Assembly (NCBI GenBank): GCA_964247055.1
Contig: OZ176057.1
Location: 2,294,001-2,358,000, forward strand
DNA: 64,000 bases
Origin: Paragordius varius
Taxonomy: Eukaryota; Animalia; Nematomorpha
Direction: 5' to 3'
In this document: piece by piece, positions 39,668 to 53,606 of the stretch
Numbering within the stretch: the first letter of the stretch is position 1
Layout: every line of letters starts with the position of its first letter
Program-made: the position numbers and the translations under genes
Notes under the pieces: model-generated
Seen by the model: only the letters and a program-made list of their open reading frames with translations
The model's database searches: none
Told to the model about the DNA's origin: nothing

Positions 39668-40769
39668 ATTTAGGAGTAATTTTTGTTTATTGTAGCGGAT
39701 CATTGAGCCACATTAACCTTATTTTAACCCTCCCCTGAAAAATAGGATGTGTGAACAATTAATGGAATTTTCCCGAAACTTTTATGTCCATTTTATTCAA
39801 AATGATTAATGAAATGTGCTGTGGGTGACCATGTTGTTTTCCTATTGCCATTGTTTAGACCCCTTTCTTTCTAAAATATGTATCAAAACAAAAATTATGG
39901 TTATTCTATTCTCAGGCCCTTCAGTTTACCTGTACCCTCTGGAAAAACGGTTTTAAAAAATTGCCTTAAGGCAACTTTTAAAAAGTGTACCCCATTTCAA
40001 ATTAAAAGGATCATTTTAATAGTGTTTTGAGGGTAAGGGGGCATTTTTTAGCATTAAGTCTACTTAGCCCACACCTGTAAATAAGGATTCTTTTTGTAAA
40101 AATATTAAGGTTTTGAACCAATTTTTTGCTAATAATGTAGGTTCATTTGATTTTAAAATTGGAATTTTTTTCCATTTATTAATACGCATATGATGACTGA
40201 ATTTTTTTGATTAGCTCAGTGATTTCACCAATTCCACATGAAAATACGGTTTGGAAACTTATATTAATTTTGAAACAATTTTCTGTGAAACATGTTTAAT
40301 TAATTTTTATAAATGTCCCGACAGTGATTGAACCCGTTATGAACCATGTATATGTATTTATCTGCGCGTTTTTTTCTATAAACTATGTATCCCAAATAAA
40401 ATCCTTGAAATTTTATTGGGCACACTTATAGGGGCATATAATTTGGTTTATGGTTTTATGCTCTTATTATTTCGCTTGACAGTGCTTTTACTGGCTGTAT
40501 AAGGCTCCCCACCTCCTTTAAAACATACCCAAACAAAAATATCTTAAACACATTTCCCGCCTCAATAAAAAAATACAAATACAGTTTAGACCTTCTTTTT
40601 CATTAAAGAATAAGGACTTAAATTGTATCCGGACATGTGAAGGCTTTAAAACACGCCTGCTCAGCGCTGACAGTGATGATGTAAAAATTGCGTAGTTTCG
40701 GATTTCAATCTCTGGAACGAAGAGTCCGCCGCCCTCTCTATTATACCATCCAATATGTCCGATTTATTA

Positions 40770-40860
40770 ATTGAATTATGGTCGAGCGACTGTTTTACTC
40801 CTATGATTAATCCTAGATTATTTGTTAATACAATATCCAATATTACATCGAACCTCTAAA
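40770..40860 (-). mobile_element. Possible APE-endonuclease fragment of a CR1/L2-like LINE
   Basis: Minus strand ILDIVLTNNLGLIIGVKQSLDHNSI resembles LDLVLTN...LV...SDH..I. Confidence 0.35.
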
Positions 40861-41896
40861 ATTAAGTTGTGTATAAATAGATGTATGTTAACTTTATTAA
40901 AGTGTAGAGTATTTAATATAGGGAATTTCGTTTATGATGACAATAATAGGGATGAATGTGAAATAAAGAGATGGTAAGATATTTTTTGGTATTTTTGTGT
41001 CGGGCTTATTTATCTCTTTTATCCATAAGGTCAGTTTTTTAAAAGTTTTCATTTTATGCCGATTTATCGATCGAAATAACCATATTGCAACGCGCGACTG
41101 GGCCAGTTAGCATTTCAATCAAATTCTCCCGGTTATCTGCTTTAATATTATAAATTTATTGTTATATAAGTAAAGATTGAACCACCAAAAAAATTTCAAA
41201 AAAATAAACCGCTAAAATAAAGATTGTTCATTATAAAGTGAATGAAACAGAACTAGAAGCAAAATATTTCAAAAACTAATCATAAGATCATAAAATTTAG
41301 TTTGTTCTGAATTTGGGTATATAATTTTACTGAGTTACTTTTTTTATGATGTGAAAAAAATAAATGCCAATATGAAACAATCCTATCAGTGCTTTTATGT
41401 GATTGAATACCATTTTTAAACTCCAAGTTATGAAATACTCAGCGTGTCATATTTTAGTTTTTATATAAAATATATAAATATTACTTTTGAAAAATAGGAA
41501 AAAATATTTAATTATTACGAAAATATATATGCATACTACTGTGTATACCTCCTTTTTTCAACTCTATATATTATATATTTACCTGTATTTTTTTCATGTT
41601 TTTAAATGACAAAAATATATCTAATAACATCTACTCTATACCATTTGGCCCGAAGCCTTTTCTGGGCTTTATTTTATGACGAAAAACGACATTTTTTGCT
41701 ATTCTAATTTTGTTTCGAAATTTTCCCCATCTTTTAAATGGCATAAACCATCCATTTTTTTAAATATTTTTTAAATTTTAATATACAAACTTATTCGGTG
41801 TCGGAAAAGGTATGTATATATAAATGATAATTTTATTATTTTTGTGGTTTAAGTGCCTTTTTTAGATAATATTAGATTCAAACAAGGATTGATTTA

Positions 41897-42089
41897 CAGT
41901 ATGAGTAAGTATACATTGCTAGAAAATTATTAATTATTTCCAAATAGTGAATACAACAAAGGGCAATATTATTGGCTATGAATAGTAAAAAGTGAAAAAA
42001 ATAACTATAGGCCAATAATACTGCCCAAGTTTTATTTACTATTTGGCAATAATTAATAACTTTCTAGCAATGTATACTTACTCATACTG
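41897..42089. mobile_element. Tc1/mariner-type MITE family C (193 bp)
   Basis: Perfect TIR cagtatgagtaagtatacattgctagaaa / tttctagcaatgtatacttactcatactg with flanking TA on both sides. The duplicate is at 60438-60631. Confidence 0.9.
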
Positions 42090-42873
42090 TATACCTTTTT
42101 CGATGACATAACGATTAGTATTTATTTTAAATCATAAATTATTCGATGAAATTTATTTAATTTAGGGGAGGGAGGGGGGGCACAAATTGATTTATTAGTT
42201 TTTAAGATCGTAGGAAAAGATTTAATAAAAAAACTAATCCCGCCGTTTTAAATTATAGTGGATTTGTTGTTTGAAAAAATAATTAATTTATTTTTATTGT
42301 TTAAATAAAAAGCAGGTAGTAGAGACCAAACTACCACCTATAAAGTATTATAGTCTATGAGCATTTGCATTTTAATTAAAATTAAGATTAAAATGCAAAC
42401 GCGCACCTCTTAAATGCCAAAAAATACGAAACACGAATCAAGGTGTATTTTAATCCCTTCCCCCCCCCCCCCCTTTTTTTTCGTTATATAATTCTTTTTT
42501 TTCAAATTTAATCAAAATTTTTTATAATACCTATATATATAGGGTTTGATAAACTTTAATAATAAAATCAATAGTTTATTTTTATTCAAAATTTTTTTAA
42601 AAAATTTAATTGTTATAAATGCATTTTAACAAATTTATATAATTTTGGAATTTGATACTTTTTGCAAGACTTATTATTACACTTTAATTGGAGCGTTCAG
42701 AAATTATCCGAATTACATTGCCATAAAATCAATTCACATCTCTTTAAGAACCTTGTTTTTATGAGAGCATAATATGTGCCAATATTGGTATATAAAGGTA
42801 TAAATTGAAATTATATCCAGAAAAATTCTATATGGACAGATAAAATCTCCAGTTTTACTTATATTGTTGGATC

Positions 42874-45800
42874 ATGATCTCCGCAAATACAGCCACAGAT
42901 AAAATTCATAACATTATTGAGGATATATATAAGGTATAATTTTAAAATTTATATTTTTTGAAATTACAATTAAACTTATTTTGGCGACTAATCTTTCCTC
43001 TTGTTCACAGAAATATATTTTACAGACACATATATATTAATGATTTAATGTATTACTTATGTTTTAGCAGACAAAAGCTTTTTTCAGAATTTCAAATGGT
43101 TTTAAAAGGACTGTATATATCTTTAAAACATTTATGCTTAGTATTTTTGATAAATAATACTTCTTTATGATAGCTTAGAAACTCTCTTTTATGTTTTGTC
43201 ATACTATCTATTTTTTAATTTTATAGTTATTTTATCAATTTTACAAAAATTTTACAAATTAAGTGAAAGTTATTTATAGACTTTTTTTCGCCTTATTTTT
43301 CCCTTTCCATCATTGTGTAAAGTATAAATGAACTAACAAAACAGTATAATCTGTGCTTAACCTTGATTTAATTTTTGAAAGTTTTTTCTACTAATTTTTA
43401 CTACTGTTTTTAGTTATTAGGTTATATTAGGTTATATATCTTCTCATATTACCAAAGACACATAGCGAAACATTTTCTTTTGCGCTATAATATTAAAAAA
43501 GTCTATCCTATGAGAGAAGATATTTAACAGATGTGAAATATAATTTTTAAAAAAATGTTTATATAATCTGTTAGTTTAAAAATGAAATTTTATATATGAA
43601 AATAAAATCTAAAAACATTTTTTAGTTTAAATAATTTAAAAAGAAAGTTTTTGAAATTTTCATCACACATCTAAGTAATTCTATCATATCGAAATTCGAA
43701 AAATCTTCGCACATTAGTATATATTATACTGATTGTTGAATGCCTTATTCCAAATTATAAAATTTTAAAAAAATTAGTAGGCTCTGAAAGTCGCCAATTA
43801 TTTTACAAGAGACTTGATTTATTAAAATAAACGCAAAGGCCCCAAGCTTGCAGTTATTTGAATGAATGCTAGAACGGCCTCAATAAAAATTAGTTTAATG
43901 TATGTTTTTGATTTAACTCGATTTTGAAAATTTAATTTTTCATTAAGATGATAGAAATGATAAGTATCATCGAAGTATATAAAATAGTGTTTTGAGATCC
44001 TAAAGCCACCTTTTCCACCATGCTTTATGATACTATAAAATGCGCTCAAACAATTGTTAAATTTAAATCTTAGAAGCAAAAACTAAATTTATTTTTTGAA
44101 TTATAATCCAAGATATATTGGTACTTTGGGGAAGCAAACTGATCCATTTAAGGGAGAAGGGGATAACAATTTGAGATTTCCGGAACCAACTTTTAAAATT
44201 AAAATTTTATTTATTTGCCATTAATTGAATCATGTATTTCATGATGTTTTTTGGTGAACTCAGCTTTTATCAAAAAACTATTTAGCATTAGATGCTCAAA
44301 TTTTGCGATTATTGCAGGTAATTTTTATACCTGCAATCAAGTCCACCGAGAACACGTCTATAAGTGGAAAATTAGTTAACAACTCTAAGTCAGAATTCAG
44401 TTCAATTTTTAGCACCTGTTTAGCAATTATTTGTTTACCTTATCTTAATTTAAAATCCACAATTAGTAAAATTGTGCAAGTGGATCCTGTTCAGTTTAAA
44501 TAGAAGCATTCTTTAATAAAGAATCGGTTTACATCCGTAACATAAGGATCAACTCTAAAACCAAATATTTAAAATATTAGAAGCTTTTTTAAATAGAGTT
44601 TCTCAATGGGTATTTTGTTCTCGTTTTAACTGAATTTTAGATTGATAATAATCACAATCATATTTTAATGGATTAAAAATACTCTTATTATGCATTGTTT
44701 TGGCCATAAGTTTCATTACGACCGCGGGTTAAATTATTTAAAGTAGAGAGCATTTTTCAATTTAGATTTAAATTTTAATATATTACACAATTAATAGTGA
44801 AAGGTTTAATTATATGTCTTTCGTTTTTCCATTTCTCCTAAAACTTTATATTTTAGTGCCAAATAATTTTTAAGGTTTTTTTTAAAAGGTCTCACTTTCT
44901 TTTTTTACAATTTAATTTAGTAAATATACACGTGAATCATTAATTTTTAACATTATGATTTATGATGAAATGACAATTTGATAAAAATTATATGATAATA
45001 CAAATTCAATTAATTTACCATATCATTATATAGAATCTCATGGAAAATTATATTCCTTTGAGTCGACACTTGGTGCAACAAACCAAACTGTTTGTTAAAT
45101 CATTGAATGGTAAGCTTATTCATTCCTTTAAATCTGGGGTGTCCAACACAAATAGCTCCACAGTCCCTCATTTTTGGATTGAAAAATTTGGTGGGCCTCA
45201 TTACCAAAATATACTGGCATCAACAAATATTTTGTTAGATTTTACACTTAAGTTTGTAAAACGACCATATGTTTCAACATTTTTTTGCCAGTTCATGGAA
45301 GGGAACTTTATTCAAAATATTGTCAAAGAAAATCAAATTTTCTTAAATTTCCTAAGATTTTGTATTTTCTGAAATTTATCGCCAGGCTGCAAAACTATTT
45401 TGGAGAGCGACGTGTTGGACACCCCTGCTTTAAATTAATTTAAAAAATGAATATTTTTCTTATTTTTAATTTCTAATAAACTTTAAGCTGCTTGCCATTC
45501 TGAGAAATGTTATTTTGAAGCCCTCAACAAAATCGGTCAAAATGCGGGTGAAAGATGGGGCGATACTAAAGACATTGGTAATTTTAGCTGATAGTTTTTT
45601 AAAATAAATACAGTAAAAAAAATAAAGCATAAAACAGCTATGAATGTGTTAAAAAACTAAACTATATTTCTTTTTATCGTTAAATAATTAAATTTAAAAT
45701 GCGGTTATTAGGAATATAAATGTTTAGACTTTTACTTTTTTTAAGTAATTTTTGCAGAACTCAGATTTTTGCATATTAATTTTATTTTTTTCAATTTTAT

Positions 45801-48800
45801 GAAACTCAAATTAGGCGTCTCCTTGATGGATATGGCTGATGCTTACCGTGATATTAATATACAATCATCAATGATGGTATTTTTTTCTTATTAGAGTAAA
45901 CGAAAAACTTCAAATTGAAAAAATTTAAAAGCATTAAACGAAGTAAAACATGCTTTGAACAGTGTATTTATCGAAGAGGTCATCGAACTCAAATTTTAAG
46001 GGTACTTATACTAAATGGGAAAATTTTTGTATAGTATGTAACTGTTAACTTTTTCCTGAAAAAATATTTATCATAATGTGGGCGGATTTAGCAATTTTAA
46101 GATTTTGGATGGCTAAATATAAATAAATTACAAAAAGATTTTAGAGCTAATTACCCTTCTAAGAATAACACTATTTATGCCCTTATGTTTTAGTTCATTG
46201 GTAAATGCATTTTCGTAAATTTTTTTAATTTTAATCCCGTCAATATTTTAAATTATTAATAATATATCCGATAATTTAGCTAAAATCTTTCAATCTTGAT
46301 TGTGTAACACTTATGGAAACTATAGTGGAACAGGATGCCAAAGCCATTCAGGTACTTAAGGGATTACCAAATATTTTTTGGAATCGGAACTATATATTTA
46401 AATAATTTTAAAACGTCGCTTTCAAAAAATATTTTTTTTAGTTTTTTTCGTTTTTTATCGACAACTTTAGCCTTATTTTATATTTTTCCTTTATTCTTTT
46501 GGTTATATATGTCTAAAGGAATTTAATCTCGAAATCCTTTCTGACTTGCTAATAAAGGATGGGACCGGTTAACAAAGCACAATGATTTTATACAATATTA
46601 ATAATAAAATATTTTAAGGTTTAAATTTATATAGTAAATTGTGGTATTTTTAATTTTAATAGAGTCAAATACTAATAAATATTTTATTAGCTAAACAGTT
46701 TATTATAATAATTACAATATATAATTAAATGACAAGAGAATGTTATAACTAAAAAGTTTTTTTAAAAAAAATAACCATACTTTAATCTTTGATATTATCT
46801 ATAATTACAAATGAATAATGCATTATTGTCTCTATTCTTTATTTTTTAATCAAACCGCGATAGTTGGTTATATTTCAAATCAAGGTTTTTAAGATGTCTT
46901 TAGAAATAATTATATTACGTTTTGTCAGTATAATTGGGATTTACTGTATATCATTTCCAGATGGAATATAAAAAATATCATGGGCACCATAAACGACTCA
47001 AGGAACGCTACGTAAAGCTGTTTAATGCTTTAAGAAGTAAAAATGCTGGAAAGAAACATAGAAAATCATTACTTATGCCAAATATCAATACTACTCTTAA
47101 TGGTAATATTGTTAACAATATTGATGTTAATAAAACGGACAGTCCAGTCCAAATTCCCGAATTTGGTGGAGAAAGCATATATGGAACTATTCCAAGATCA
47201 CTTTTAAACGATTCTCAAACGGGCCATGGGGCACTTAAGACGAATCAATTGAAAGTGAGTATTGATATACATATTCGAGGTAATGTATATGACCGCTTTC
47301 AAGATATATCATTTTCACTTCAAGGGTGTCTTGAACACTTGAACTTGGTTCCTGAACTTCATGCATTTATTGATCTATTATTTTTATTAAAACTAATATA
47401 TTTTTAGTATTTTTTCATAAAAATATACGGTTCTTGAATGTAAAAAATTAGTATTGATTTCAAAGAAGACGTGCAATAGTTATATTATTTTTTATTTAGT
47501 ATTTTATTTGTGGTAAAAAACTACTTTTTGAACGGAGTACCATTTTAATCTTTTTTAATAATAATGATGGGTTGTACAGCTGACTTTTGGGTCTAAAGAC
47601 TATTTATCAAAAATTTTTGCACACCGTTAAACTTATTAAATTAAAAACAAGCCTATTTTTATGCTAATAATCACGTTTTGTGATGGCTGATGATCATTTT
47701 TTACATAGAAAACCTATATATAAATAAAATAATTGTAAAAGAAATTTAAGTATTCAAAATACATGTGTTATATAAAATAACATTTCAAGATTATTGAAAG
47801 CAAAATGTTTGATTAAGTTTTACCAAATACCAACAATATGTCACTAACTAGGGGTGGTTAAGATGCGACCCTTCCTGATTGTTTGTGCGGCCTGGAAAAG
47901 TTTAAATTAAAAAAAAATTAACCTTGGCTTTTAATAATACAAAAATTCTTAATTTTTTTGGCTTTTATATAAAGAGTAATTTGATTACACTAGACAATAA
48001 ATTTTTCTGCCACTCGAGTTTTTTGAATTTTCTGATATTTAGTATCATTTTAACAGTATTTCTGAAATAAAAATTATAACTCGTTGGAAGAATTTTGTAT
48101 TTTGATTTTTTTGATTATGCGCCCTCTTTATCAAAATTTTACTAAATATTTTTTTTGAAAATATACAAGTAATGCCCATTTGTAATATATCATTCGAAAG
48201 AGTAATAAAAACTCTATAAATGCATACTAATATGTAATACATCGACAGTTACTATTGGACACAAAGAGCGACAAACGCGCGAAGCGAGAGCATTTTTGTT
48301 AATTATTATATTTTTAAATCTAATGGATGAAAATAGCTCATACTTTGTTTAGATGGTGATGAATGTCCAAAAAAGATAACACAAAAAAGTTTTTTTGATT
48401 AAACCATTTTTTTATTGCTTTTATGTCACTCAAAACAGCCATTTTTACGTTTTTTTGTTTTTTTAAAAATTACCATCTCATCAATATTAATTTATTTTCT
48501 TTACAAGGCTGATAATTTCGAAATTTTAAAGATAAAAACAAAGTTTAAGGTATTTTTGATCTTTTATAGCCATTATAATAAATTTACAGTTATAACTATG
48601 CATTTTAGTATCCACTAGGTAAAATATTTATGATAATAATAATTTTTATTAAAAAAGCAAACCAAAAGCTTTTTCAAACATTTTTTTAAATTAAATACTA
48701 ATATAACCCTAATAATTATATTAAAATAATTTATATGATTTTCAAATTAGTTTGTCTGTGAAAATTCTTGACTTATTTAAGGATTCAAAATTTCGACCAT

Positions 48801-51800
48801 TTAAATCCAAATAACTTTTACATCCGATTGATTTAAATGACTTACTACCATTTAAAAGATGCAGATTTTTGCGCTCTTTCGAATGATATATAATACATGG
48901 CTTCATACCTAAAACTTTTTATTTTCGAAATTTCGAGTTTAATGTTAAATCGGGGTCAAAAATTATCGATAAACTCTAATAAAAAAAATTCTTCCATGCT
49001 AGACCAATTTTCTTTTCAGATATACTAATTATGCACTTTAATGAAATAAATTTTAAATTTACAAGAATGGCAGTTAAAAAAAGTTAAAATTTGTTGTCTA
49101 GTGTTATGCAGAGTCTCTCAAGTTAAAACTACCCATGATTTACTTCCAATTTCGAATGTTTAATTTTTTATAACCCAGAAATATCTGAAAAAAAGATGTA
49201 TATAGATAAAATTTAAGCCATTTTATAAAAAAACTTAATAAATAAATCTCACAAATTATAGTAAAAATTAAATGTATACAAACAAAATATAGGAATCTGA
49301 CAAATATTTTTTAAAATGGACAACCATACTTTGAAACGTGATTAAATAAATTAAATTTATCGCTTTGCATTGCAGATACGGGAAAAGAAATGTAAATTGT
49401 TAAAATAGTCTATGGAGAAAATCAAGGCTTGAGGATAGCAGTTTTTTTTAAAAAAATATTTTTTTATGTTTCAGTTTCTCTGCGAAATTATAATTTTTAC
49501 TGTATATCATAAATTACAAATTTATTGGCTCATATATGCAATTATTCCGTACAATCATATATTAATCATCTTATATCGAATCTAGATTGCATATCAATTG
49601 GCTGACAGTGAGAAGGAATTAAATGAATATCGAATTCAAGCCTTAAAACAAGTATTTTTACTTTTATTTATTTTACGTCATTTATAATTTAGATACAAAA
49701 AATTATTTCCGAATTAAATAATCTCTATGTAAATACCTACAACTTATGTAAATGAAGCTAGAAATATAATTTTTTATATTTTATTTTAACAAAATTGATT
49801 GTTTACTCAAAGAGTAGTTCCGATTTATAATTGAAATTGTCATAGAGCATGAAATGTATAAATTAAGGTATCAAATGGATACCATACTTAGAAAAGAAGT
49901 AAATAATGTTCGAAAATAAATTTAATATTATCTTTTACCATATTCTGTATTTCGATGAAACCAATAAAAATCATATTTTACGAATTAATTATACAACTTT
50001 TTACCATCATTCATTAAACATTATCTAACCTTTGACAGTGCTATCAGCATGTCAAATTTTACCGAATCAATGAAGCCTATTTTATCCATTTTATATAGAT
50101 AATAAAGCCCTTAACGATGACATAAAAACATTTTTTTAATTTCAATGCTGCTGTTCCACTTCAGTAATAAATCTGTCGAATTTCTAAAAGAACATTATAT
50201 ATTTAGATTTGGCAATTGCATATTTAAGGTATCATAACTCATCAACCAACAATCAAAATTTGCCATAAATTAAATTATTAAGGACATGCATTTTATTTGG
50301 GGATAGCATAACCAATAAATTTTTAGTATTTGTAGCATTCGAAAATTCATTCAGGTTTTCAAGCATAAAAATAATTGGCATAATTTGACCTAATTAAGCA
50401 ATTTTTGGATAATTATCACCAAAAAATAGTGTTTTAAAATTCGTAACCTCTACAACCTATGGTACCATGACCTAATGGTTTCTATCGAAGATATATAAAA
50501 TACTGTGTGCAAAAATTTTTTTAACAAAATAATTTTTTTTCATGAAATAACTTATGATAAAAGAATTCATTCGCAAAAATTTTATTTATTGAGATTTAAA
50601 CAGATTGTTGGATGATATTCCACTACTTTCAAGTTTTATTTTTCATAAATTATATAACTCCCACTGTAAAATTCTAAAATAAAACATTCTTTATACACTC
50701 ATAAACCAGATGACAAAATAAAAAAAACAATATATTAGTTTTATTTTGATATAGAAGTTATTTTACTGAATAAAATATGAATGTTAAGATTTTAATAGTG
50801 AGTTTAGCTAGTAAATAATAAAAAAAATATTTTAACATATTAAGTATGTTAAAAGAAACACCCCATCTTTTGATCTGAATTTTTATGAACCCAACTATAT
50901 GTTTTAGGCTTTTTGCAAATTGTAAATATCTGCTTAAACAATAATAAATCACAATATCTCAACTTTATTATTATATTTTTAATTATCCTTAATTATGCTC
51001 AACTTTCACTTAATTTTATTCTCTCTAAATAATTCAAAAACTAGATCGTCAACAAAATTAAATTTGCGGCAAATGAATGCGGTCATAAGCTATCTCAAAA
51101 AAATTTTTTTTGTTAAAAAAATTAAGCCGCTTTTTTGATATATATATATACATACATACATACACATACATAATAATTATTAAAAGGCATATCGAACGGA
51201 AAAAAATTGTTATGCAAAATTGTTGGAAAAACAATGCACAAGAATCCGAAATATCCTCGTTGAAACATCAAAGGTAAAAAAATAAACTAATACTAGTTCC
51301 TATTATTTTAGTTATTTGCAAAACATTTATTTTTATTTAGGTAGATTTTATAAGGTTATATTGTGCTGTTAGGTGAATATTTTGTTCAGTCCGCGGTTAC
51401 CTTTATGGGAATCAATACTGACTAAAATTCAAAAAACAACTACCGCAGTAACCACAACTGGAATTTATGGCTCTCAATACAATGATAATCCTACTATTGA
51501 TAATAACGATGTTTATGGAAATCCATTTTCTATTCTTTGTCGCGATCAAGGTATAGAGAAGTTTTATGAAAGCCTTGTTAATAATCAGAGCAGAAATCAA
51601 CGAAACTTTATTATACCTTCAAATGATCCACGTCAACAAAATGTGAATGAGTCCTACTACAGTCAAAATAATTTAAATCATCAAACCGCTTTCCAGAACA
51701 ACCACTTAAATAGTAATTTTAATTGTTATCGCAATACGCCTTCTTATTATCACCCCCCTAATCAACGTGACAAAGAATATAATGCGAGTAATAATACAAC

Positions 51801-53572
51801 TAATACCTCAAACAGCCTTTCCTATTGGGATGTTGCCAATAAAATTCAAGTAGAGCCTATAGCTGATGAATATCCAAAAGTATATAAAATAACCTAATGA
51901 AAAGCTATAAAGATAATGAATGTTTTGTAAATATGTTGCATCTACTAAATTTGCAATTTTGGGAACCGTAGAAATACAGTATGAATACATAGACATTCCC
52001 AGTTTTTCTTAATGTTAGATAGCACATATATAAAGAGCTTTTTTATTATTGGTGAACGCGAAAAAGTGAAAAAGTATGTGCCAATAATATCTCTTTCTGT
52101 ATGCGCTATCTGGCAATAATTATAAAAAACCAGCTTGATTCTACTGCATTATAACTGATCTACCCGCTTAAAATGTAGTTTTAGATCATAGCTAAAATTA
52201 ATACCAAAAAAATTATATACACCTTAAAAGTATAATTATATTGCTTTTATAAATTAATAATTTTCAATCATTAGCATGGAATAAAAATAATTAATCGATA
52301 TTATTTTAACCATTTACGTTTTATATATATGTTAAAATTTTAAAAATTTTAAAAAGCAGTCGCAGTCATCATTGCGTTCAAATAACTTAAAAACTTCAGC
52401 TTTTACAATTTAAATTCAACATATATATCCAATTTTGACAAACATCTTTTGTTACTTTAATTGTAGAAAATTTTGTTGACATCTATGATATTCTTTTCTA
52501 AATTCGTAAAGCAAAAGTTAAAATTATTTTTGATTTATATTTCCATCAATGGGTTTATGCATATTGCATTTTTATTTAACTTAATCGAGTGGGAATTGTA
52601 TAAATTGGTGATGTTTTTTATTGGTATTAACACTTTTCCTACAAACTCTAAGATTGTGATTAATATTAAATGATTCTAAGCTAATCATCATAATGTAATC
52701 ATGTCTTCTCATTAGCAAGGTGTAAATTTAAGACAATAATTTTATATCATATTGAAAGTAATTAACCAACTTTAAAACTCAATATTCTCTCAAATTTTAT
52801 CTAGTTAAATTCGGCATATTCAATGGTTGATATAAGATCCTCGTTGTATGGAACATACTTTCCCACACCAAACGCGGTACCGCAATCTTTAGTCCCTACT
52901 AATGATGATCATAGGATAGTTAACAAAAATAGTTGCAGTATAGATGGTGACTTGGAATCCACCGTAGTATCGAATTGTGGAACTAATATGCATCAAATAA
53001 AACGTGATTACAACAACGAATATCGGAAAAAGGAATCGATGGATAACATAAACAAAGGAAACGGTTCCATAATAAATCTTAAAGCTTCCAATGAAACTGG
53101 CAAAAAGGCTAATGACACTAACAATAAATGCGGACGCAGTTTTTCATCCTCTGGTTGTTCATCGATAAATTCTGCCGTTGCTCAAAATAACTTATCCATA
53201 GGTTACACATATTATAATAATTACCTTTCAAAATGTTTTCACTAAATGTTTTTCATAAATTAAGTCAATTTGTATAATACAAAAAGTTCTTGCATAGAGC
53301 CGTCTTGATACGAGGTTTAATATTTTCTTTATGCGCGATTTAGTAAAAATATTACAATTGATTTTTATTGCCTCGGAGGATTATAAAAATGAGAGTCATT
53401 TAGTTAAAACTAATTATTAATCAACTATTATATAATATGTTTGTTATAATTTGTATAATCAACTTAGATAATTCAACACAAGCATATGGCACCAATAACC
53501 ATACAAAGTATTGTTCAAATAAATGGATACATTGAATATAAAACAATATTTTTATAAATCTTTATAATTATT

Positions 53573-53606
<34 letters not shown>

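Larger units (their letters stand above)
37197..45519 (+). repeat. Copy 1 of the tandem segmental duplication (part matched within the window)
   Basis: Colinear with 55612-64000 at an offset of about 18.41-18.48 kb. Non-coding divergence is roughly 10% with indels by manual comparison; exons are nearly identical. Confidence 0.95.

Noticed and set aside
43410-43440. ttagg motifs suggesting telomeric repeats
   Set aside because: Only two interrupted units (ttaggttata), not a tandem telomeric array.
49693-49728. Possible 36-nt phase-0 cassette exon IQKIISELNNLY in IRSp53
   Set aside because: Splice signals are plausible, but inclusion would interrupt IMD helix 4, which aligns without it (49651 to 51187). 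It cannot be excluded without RNA data.
51341-51372. 14-nt microexon followed by an 18-nt intron
   Set aside because: It is unnecessary once exon 51187-51273 is used, and 18 nt is far below the other introns seen here.
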